Shown here: in pieces, positions 47,323 through 53,615 of the stretch | How positions within the stretch are numbered: the stretch's first letter is position 1 | How the letters are laid out: each line of letters begins with the position of its first letter | Assembly: GCA_012862495.1 (NCBI GenBank) | Contig: BLSG01000385.1 | Span: 111,399 to 165,013, forward strand | Length of the DNA: 53,615 nt | Source: Thraustochytrium aureum | Taxonomy: Eukaryota | Direction: 5' to 3' | The notes under the pieces: generated by a model | Told to the model about the DNA's origin: nothing | Database searches by the model: none | The model's input: the letters and a program-made list of their open reading frames with translations, nothing else | Translations under genes and position numbers: made by a program

Positions 47323-48394
47323 AAGTTGTCTGAAAAGCCACACCGTCGCGATTCGGCCCACATTCGGAAAGCACGTGCGTTTGGTGCACGAAGCAAACCC
47401 AACAGGGGGCCCACTGGTACTGGTAGGCACCCAGGCGAAGGCGAATGTGAGACCTCGAATGAGCTACGACATGGAGAAGAAACTTAGGGTCGGACGACTC
47501 GGAGATACTTTGAAGGGAACAATACACCCGATTATTTGTGGCTAGCCATTTCTGAACCCCTCTCCCATGATTGCTGTGGAATGCATGGATTGACAGCAAA
47601 CGTGCTCGGACTGCGCGCGACTCCTAAAGGGGCACTAAAAGGCGCAGCCTAGCCTTTCGCAGCACCGACGAGGCCATCGCGCGACTTGAGCGACAATTTG
47701 ACCTGCATCCTTCACGCGCTTGACGCTCAGAGCCAGCCTCCACTCTAAAACGGAAGACCGATGCAAACCGGGCCTCCAGAGCAGTGGCCCAAGCAGAGAC
47801 GGCCTACTTACTAGGACCCTGGAAACCCGCTTCACACGCCCGAAGCATGGTGTCTCGAGCAAATGCGGTCGCCAAATTGTTTCCGATTGAAAACGGCATT
47901 GCGCCTCCAAGTGCCAGACAGGTGCATTTCCACCAAGAGGCAGGCCTTCTTCAACGGAACTATTCCGTTGGAAAGGGGTGAGTTGCTTGGTTGGCCACAG
48001 CTCGACCGAGGTCGACGGCGCTCGTTCTGCCACCTCGCGAGGGTCATGAGCAAGGATTGACAGGTCGACTCAGTACAGAGAGAGGTTGACGATCAGTAGA
48101 GAAGCCGGGTAGGGTGCCTACCAACTGCAGAAAGGCGCTTGCCCAACGTGTACAAGGCTAACGAATCTGTTTTCATTTTGCCCTGTGATGCAGACCAGGC
48201 CAGCCGATCAGCAAGCGCAGGAGTCGCCGCTTGGCGAGACGTAGGCTGCGCACGGCAGGGGCTGCGATAGAGCGGGCCGAAGCGGCGCGGTTGCTGGGTT
48301 GCTGGAAGCGAGCAACTAAGCGAGGTGGTGGAACCTCCGCCGGCGCTGTCGCGGCCGGCACGGCCTCCGCCAGCCTCGGCGCTTGGTCGGAGCA

Positions 48395-49486
48395 ATGTGT
48401 ATGCAATGGATGCGCAGGCTCAAGGATGGCAACAGTACGATCGATGCTGACATGTGCCACTCGATGGAGTCGGATATGAAGATCAGCATAGGGATTTTCA
48501 TGATCTCCCTGATCGCTGTGCTCACCGCTGCGATCCGACTCATCCTGCTCACCAGGAAGCTGTACTCCGACAGCATCCTTTTCAGCAAGACCAATCCTGT
48601 CATCATGCGAAGAAAGCAAGTGTTGCAAGCAAAGTTGATTTCAATAATCGCCCTCATCGTCTTCTTTTCGCTTCGGGTCCAAGTCAGCCTAAATTTGCTC
48701 GACTACTACAGCGTCGATCCTGTTGGCCTGGCGTCCGAATGCGACGAAAGGATCACAAGAGGTATCGAAAGTGAGGGCACTCGCTCGGGCAAAATATCGT
48801 CGATTGCCCACACGCTCATCCCGCTGTTCCTGGCACGAGAGTTTTCCCTCATCGCTATGCTCTGGTATGACATGGTCGAAATCACCTGCCGAGTGGATCG
48901 GTCGGCTCTCAAGTTCCGCTTGAACGCCTTCTACATGTTATACGCCGTGGCAGAAATCGCCGCCATGGTGCTCTCCCTCAGTGGCGAGGTCACCATTGCG
49001 ATTTTCCTTGGCATGTTCGGCCACACGTTTTATCTGACATACCTTGCGGTCGTGTCGCTCCGGTCTGGAGCAAACTTTAAGCGGCTCCTTACGAGCTTGG
49101 CGTCCAGCAAGAAGGAGTCGGCCAAGTTTGCGCTAGACAAGACAGGCCGTGTTGTCAGACTCGCCGGAGTATGGGCGCTGGCGTATCAGGCTCTCACAGT
49201 GCTGATTAGCATCACCGTCAATGTTGAGTCCATCTTCTCCTGTGCATTTGCTGCTGTGGAGGACGCCATTGTTTCTGCACTGTGGGTTTCTGCAGTCTAT
49301 CAAGTTCAAAATTACTTTGAGGTATCGCGACAAAGCCTCAGCGAGGCGCTTCGGAACAGCACTGGACTTGGGACTCATGCACAATCCACGCACTTGAGCT
49401 CAACGTCTCGGTTCGTCTCGATGAAGCAAGCGAAAATAACGCCGAGCAATTCTGCAAGCGCTGATGTTGGGGCGACGCTGGGCTGA
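48395..49486 (+). CDS. Orphan 7-transmembrane protein (paralog 3)
   Basis: ~363-aa ORF with seven hydrophobic segments, FSLIAMLWYDMV, QNYFE and a Ser/Thr-rich tail. Confidence 0.75.
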   Translation: MCMQWMRRLKDGNSTIDADMCHSMESDMKISIGIFMISLIAVLTAAIRLILLTRKLYSDSILFSKTNPVIMRRKQVLQAKLISIIALIVFFSLRVQVSLNLLDYYSVDPVGLASECDERITRGIESEGTRSGKISSIAHTLIPLFLAREFSLIAMLWYDMVEITCRVDRSALKFRLNAFYMLYAVAEIAAMVLSLSGEVTIAIFLGMFGHTFYLTYLAVVSLRSGANFKRLLTSLASSKKESAKFALDKTGRVVRLAGVWALAYQALTVLISITVNVESIFSCAFAAVEDAIVSALWVSAVYQVQNYFEVSRQSLSEALRNSTGLGTHAQSTHLSSTSRFVSMKQAKITPSNSASADVGATLG

Positions 49487-49846
49487 CTGCCCCCGGTAGC
49501 GGACACCAAGCGCAGCTAGCGTCCTTACGCGGCACATGCGGATTTGGACAAAGCTTTTACGAGGAGTGGGGCGACGGACGACCTCTTGACGAGTCGTCTT
49601 GCACACAATGCCCCAAAATCGGGGTCGCGCTTCCGACAATACAGGGACCCGGCACAGCCTGCAGAGTGCCAAGCGAATCCTCCTCATCAGGGTCATTGCG
49701 GAAAATCAATGGGCAGAGCAACAACCAGCAGCACGAGGCGAAGGAAAGTGATGCGAGCAACGCGACTTGCTCGGTTGCAAGTCGATTGAAGCGCGCCCAG
49801 AAAAAATGGCCAATGGACCTAAGGATGGCAGGCCCCAGAATAAAAA

Positions 49847-49970
49847 GGCGACCCAAGGGACCTAAGGATGGCGGACCGACAGAGTTGCTTGACGTTTCTG
49901 CAACTTGATGGCGACCCAAGGGACCTGAGGATGGCAGACCGACAGAGTTGCTTGACGTTTCTGCAACTTG
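49847..49970. repeat. Tandem direct repeat, 2 x ~61 bp (period 63)
   Basis: ggcgacccaagggacct(a/g)aggatggc(g/a)gaccgacagagttgcttgacgtttctgcaacttg at 49847 and 49910, with a partial third copy at ~49815. Confidence 0.9.
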
Positions 49971-50014
49971 CCCGCTCGTAGAAAATTAGTTGTAAACAAG
50001 CAGAGGCCGTTCAG

Positions 50015-51082
50015 TCAGTCTGTGCCCTCAGACGCGCTTTGTCTGCTCGAGTCGCTGGTCCGCAAATGCACCAAAGCTCGCGTCTCCGGCTCGCAAGCCA
50101 CAAACAGGGCAAGGTTTTCCGCGCACTTTGCAAGAACCTGCGCCGGAGAACGATCAAGTGCATCAGCGCAGACCACGGCTGCCAGCCTTGTGCTCTCCCA
50201 GCGCTCAAGCGGCGCGCCTCGAGCCGACAGGTCGCTCTCGAGCAATAGACGATTTCCCGGAATGGCCCGAACCCGAGCCACGAACTTGGCCCAAGGCTTC
50301 GCCCGCAGGCGCCAGGGTCGAACTGTGTCCGAGCTGGCTCCTGTTGCAATGCATTTACATACCATTTCGTCTGGGTGCCAGACCCAGAGCGGCTGCGCGC
50401 CGTCGTTGTCGCCCCGGCAGCCACAACCTTGCAACTGGTCCGGATCCCCAAGCGAGAAACGGAAAAGGCTCTTGATATTCACTTGCGCCGACACCGACGC
50501 GAAGAGGCGGCCAGCAACCTGCGGCGCACGGAAGAGCATCGCCGTGGACTCTGGGCTCCCGCTCCACGAGTGCAAGTTGACCTTGGCCTGCTCGCACGTG
50601 CCGGCAGCAACAAGCAACTCGGCGAGGCGCCCGTGGCTTTGAACGCAATGGATCGACAGCCTCCGCTCGAGGCGGTACGCCAGTTCAATTTGGGCCCGAA
50701 AGACCTCTTCCTGACGCGCTCGCAAGCACGTCTTGCAGACGCCGCACTTCGGGCCGCCGTCACAAGCCGCGGCGCCTGCCGCGCGCTTCGCCGCCCAGAC
50801 GGCGTCCAAGCCAACCTCGCCAACGTGGAGCTCGGGCCACCTGACGAGCGCTTTCTCAAGGCCCTCGAGCCATCCATCCGCGGCCGTCTCAGCAAACCAC
50901 GGGTGCACGCCAAGCGCGCCAACGACGTGCGCCTCTCTCGCAGCCGTCCGAGCAACAACGTCCCAGTCCTCGGGCCGCGTGCCGACGAGGACCTCCACGG
51001 TCGCGTCAGCGCCAAGCCCGCGCCACTGGCCAGCGCACGCGCAGTTCATGTGCGAGTGCGCGTCAAACCTCTTGTGGTCCAT
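50015..51082 (-). CDS. tatD: TatD-family metal-dependent DNase
   Basis: FDAHSH, GVHPW, VGEVGLD, F.AQI.LA, SIHCV, LHSWSG and LLLESD motifs. Confidence 0.88.
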   Translation of the reverse strand: MDHKRFDAHSHMNCACAGQWRGLGADATVEVLVGTRPEDWDVVARTAAREAHVVGALGVHPWFAETAADGWLEGLEKALVRWPELHVGEVGLDAVWAAKRAAGAAACDGGPKCGVCKTCLRARQEEVFRAQIELAYRLERRLSIHCVQSHGRLAELLVAAGTCEQAKVNLHSWSGSPESTAMLFRAPQVAGRLFASVSAQVNIKSLFRFSLGDPDQLQGCGCRGDNDGAQPLWVWHPDEMVCKCIATGASSDTVRPWRLRAKPWAKFVARVRAIPGNRLLLESDLSARGAPLERWESTRLAAVVCADALDRSPAQVLAKCAENLALFVACEPETRALVHLRTSDSSRQSASEGTD

Positions 51083-51980
51083 CGTCTCGACCGCGCCTGC
51101 TCCGCCCTGCCCGGCGTCGCTCTAGAGGGTCTCCTCCGAGGCATCGGTAGTGGATGATTGATGACTTGGCGCGCAGGACAGGACGAGGTGGGAGGCGACT
51201 NNNNNNNNNNNNNNNNNNNNNNNNNNNNNNNNNNNNNNNNNNNNNNNNNNNNNNNNNNNNNNNNNNNNNNNNNNNNNNNNNNNNNNNNNCAGCCTCATCA
51301 TTGAGTGGTACGAGTGAGCAGCCGCGCCTCTGCGTGCGATGCGGCTCATCTCATCGGCTGGTCGCCGTGAATGCGAGAGCTCGGCCATCGAGAACAAGGA
51401 GGATCCTCCCTGGCGAGAGCGAGCACGACCGAATGGATTGATTGTGTTCCGGACTCCCTCGCCTGAAAACCAACCAAGCCAACTAACTACCTACGCACGC
51501 CTCCGTCAAGGCGCTGCGCGCGCGCTTGGCGTGCGTGCTGTCACCGCCGTGTGCGTGCCATTTGACTGAGCGGCGGACGAACTCTTGAAGTGCATCGCAG
51601 AAACCGGCAAATGCACTCTCAGCTGCCAAGCTGCAACTCGTCGCACTTTCAATGGCCACGGCGGCCTTGCTCACACGAGCCGCGTCGGCAGCGCGACTCC
51701 ATCGCCTTGCCAGCTACTCCGAGTCGAGTAGGGGAGGCCTCGGCCATTGCGCGGGATTCGCTGCGCGTGGAGGTGGAGGCACACGTGGAAAACTGTGGCA
51801 AAAGAGGAAAAAAAAAGAGGTCTGTGCTTTGCAGGGATTTGTTGCAGCAAAAACGAAGCGCACGGCGACCACCAACGTGGACTCGGTCCCCAGTGCAGTC
51901 CGTGGACGACTGACTCCAGGACACTGCCTCTAGCTAGCCAAGACAGACACCGAACGAGCGACGCGCCACGAGAAGCACGA

Positions 51981-52017
51981 GCAGGAGCAGCAACAGCAGC
52001 AGCAGCAGCAGCAGCAG
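51981..52017. repeat. (CAG)n microsatellite
   Basis: About 12 cag-like triplets just upstream of the last gene. Confidence 0.85.
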
Positions 52018-52107
52018 TTTGTGCTGCTGGGCGCTGTCGAGCGAGTTTGTGCATCCTCAACCCAGCCGGCCAAGTGCTCAGAAGCGAGTCTGGCAGCGTT
52101 GCTGAGA

Positions 52108-53615
52108 ATGAAGGCGACGCTGGCGTGCTTGGCAGCCGCCGCCGCGCTCGCGGCGAGCGCCGCGAGGGCGGATACGGTGTGCCTGCCGCCGACCAGACTT
52201 GACGCGACGCCGACGCGCGGCAAGCTCTTCTCTGGGCAGTCCGTGGCTGGCTTGCAAGCGGCCGAGCTGACCGGGACGCAGGATGTCTGGGCAAGCTACG
52301 TGGAGCTGGGGCTGCAGGACGGCCACTTCGACGGCGACCTCTGGGTCGCCCTACCCGCCGCGCTCGACCCTGAGACGGTGACCGCCTTCAGTGTCGTCGC
52401 CAACTTTCGCGGGAGCGTCGGCACCTTTGACCTCTGGGTCATCGAAATGGGCGGTAGCGAGGTGTGGAACAACATGGGCGTCCAAAGCTGGAAGTGGACG
52501 CAGGCCGCAAAGACCACGGACGCCGCAGACTTTGCCACCAAGTACGTGACCTCAGGGGAGCTGAAGCTCACTGTGCGCACACCGCAGGCAGTCGTCTCCA
52601 ACGCGCTGTTTGATCAAATCCAAGTCTGCCTCGAAGTCAGCCCTGCTGGGCCGGGCGCCACAGTGCCGCCCTCGCCCGCCCCAGCCCCGGCGCCAAAGCA
52701 AGTGTGCGGCTCGGCTAAAGCGATCCGCAAGGTGAAGGGAGCATCCTGGGCGGCGAGAGCTCGCTCGGCAACCTTGCAGGCCAAGAGCTTGTCGGAACCA
52801 TGGAAAAGCCCCGGCAACGTCCTTACCTTGGAACCAGAGTCGCGTAAAGGTGGCGACTTTGAGCTGGACTGGGAGCTGAGCAGGCAGGCGCCAGAGGACA
52901 TCCACTCGCTCGTGATCGGCATGAACTATCGGAGCCTGCGCAAGAAGTCCCAAACGTGGCAGTTCCAGGTCCGCAATCAACGCAGGCGCAAGTGGGAGAC
53001 GTTGTTTGACAACCGTGCCGTGCAGAGCGACTTTGTCTGGACGCAGACCACGGCCACGAAAAAGCTCGGCAAGACGCCGACCGACTACTTGAAGGACGAT
53101 TCGACGACGATCCAGCTCCGCATCTTGACCTCTTCGTCCAAAGCGCGCTTGGAAGTGGACATGCTAAGCGCCTGCGTGGAGGGCGACACGGAGACCGGCG
53201 GCTCGGACGACCAAGTCATTCTCGGCTCTTGCCCGGCAAACCCGCCAAGGTCTGACTTTCCGCTTTGGACCTACACCTCTGCAATTTGCGGAATATTCGT
53301 GGAGGACAGTGATGAAAACGAAACGGTGCTCAAGACCATCGCGGAGCGTGTCGCGCAGGGCTGCTCCACCCTTCTCCTCGACTCCTCGCTTAGCAGCTAT
53401 TACCTCACAGACGACGAGTTCGACGAGCGCATGGTGATGATCAACAGAGTGAGCGACCAAGCCCACGCCGCGGGGCTCCGAGTCGTGGTCTACTATCCGA
53501 TGCTCGAAATCGTCACCCAAAACGGCCGCACCGACCCAAACAGCGCGGCCAAGGCGCATCCAGATTGGCTCCAGGTCGCTCTCGACGGGACGCGAAACTT
53601 TTGGTATGGCGCCTT
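52108..53615 (+). CDS. Secreted multidomain protein: signal peptide, two repeated beta-rich (CBM-like) domains, start of a TIM-barrel glycoside-hydrolase-like domain; 3'-partial
   Basis: Stop-free frame of >500 codons from ATG 52108 to the window end, absent from the ORF track. MKATLACLAAAAALAASAARA-D signal peptide, Pro/Ala linker, and AHAAGLRVVVYY...HPDWLQVALDG. Confidence 0.75.
   Translation, partial: MKATLACLAAAAALAASAARADTVCLPPTRLDATPTRGKLFSGQSVAGLQAAELTGTQDVWASYVELGLQDGHFDGDLWVALPAALDPETVTAFSVVANFRGSVGTFDLWVIEMGGSEVWNNMGVQSWKWTQAAKTTDAADFATKYVTSGELKLTVRTPQAVVSNALFDQIQVCLEVSPAGPGATVPPSPAPAPAPKQVCGSAKAIRKVKGASWAARARSATLQAKSLSEPWKSPGNVLTLEPESRKGGDFELDWELSRQAPEDIHSLVIGMNYRSLRKKSQTWQFQVRNQRRRKWETLFDNRAVQSDFVWTQTTATKKLGKTPTDYLKDDSTTIQLRILTSSSKARLEVDMLSACVEGDTETGGSDDQVILGSCPANPPRSDFPLWTYTSAICGIFVEDSDENETVLKTIAERVAQGCSTLLLDSSLSSYYLTDDEFDERMVMINRVSDQAHAAGLRVVVYYPMLEIVTQNGRTDPNSAAKAHPDWLQVALDGTRNFWYGA

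Overview
GC-rich, gene-dense, intron-poor eukaryotic nuclear DNA from a gapped draft assembly. Short GT-AG introns (70-208 nt, usually with a CTGAC-type branch site), SAR1, proteasome beta, kinesin and RJL genes establish a eukaryote. The ciliary genes and overall style suggest a flagellated protist such as a thraustochytrid or labyrinthulomycete stramenopile (inference only). About 24 protein-coding genes are supportable: PDH E2, a divergent SYLF/Ysc84 protein, two EEP-fold enzymes including TDP2, MPPE1/Cdc1, an F-box-like protein, RTEL1, PSMB4, a CFAP97-like protein, an IFT144-like WD40 protein, SAR1, CCDC25, sialate O-acetylesterase, a CYP7-like P450, an ANK-SAM protein, kinesin-1, RJL GTPase, TatD, three related 7TM orphans, a secreted multidomain glycoside-hydrolase-like protein and several hypotheticals. 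About seven genes carry small frameshifts, mostly in homopolymer runs, and these are most likely sequencing errors. The most notable items are a three-member orphan 7TM family, a truncated membrane-anchored IFT144-propeller paralog, a CYP7-like P450 with a perfect PTS2 motif and no membrane anchor, a TDP2 with a UBM-type motif, and a bacterial-looking secreted hydrolase missed by the ORF track. No rRNA, tRNA, CRISPR array or intact mobile element was seen. All family calls come from motif recognition by eye, not database searches.
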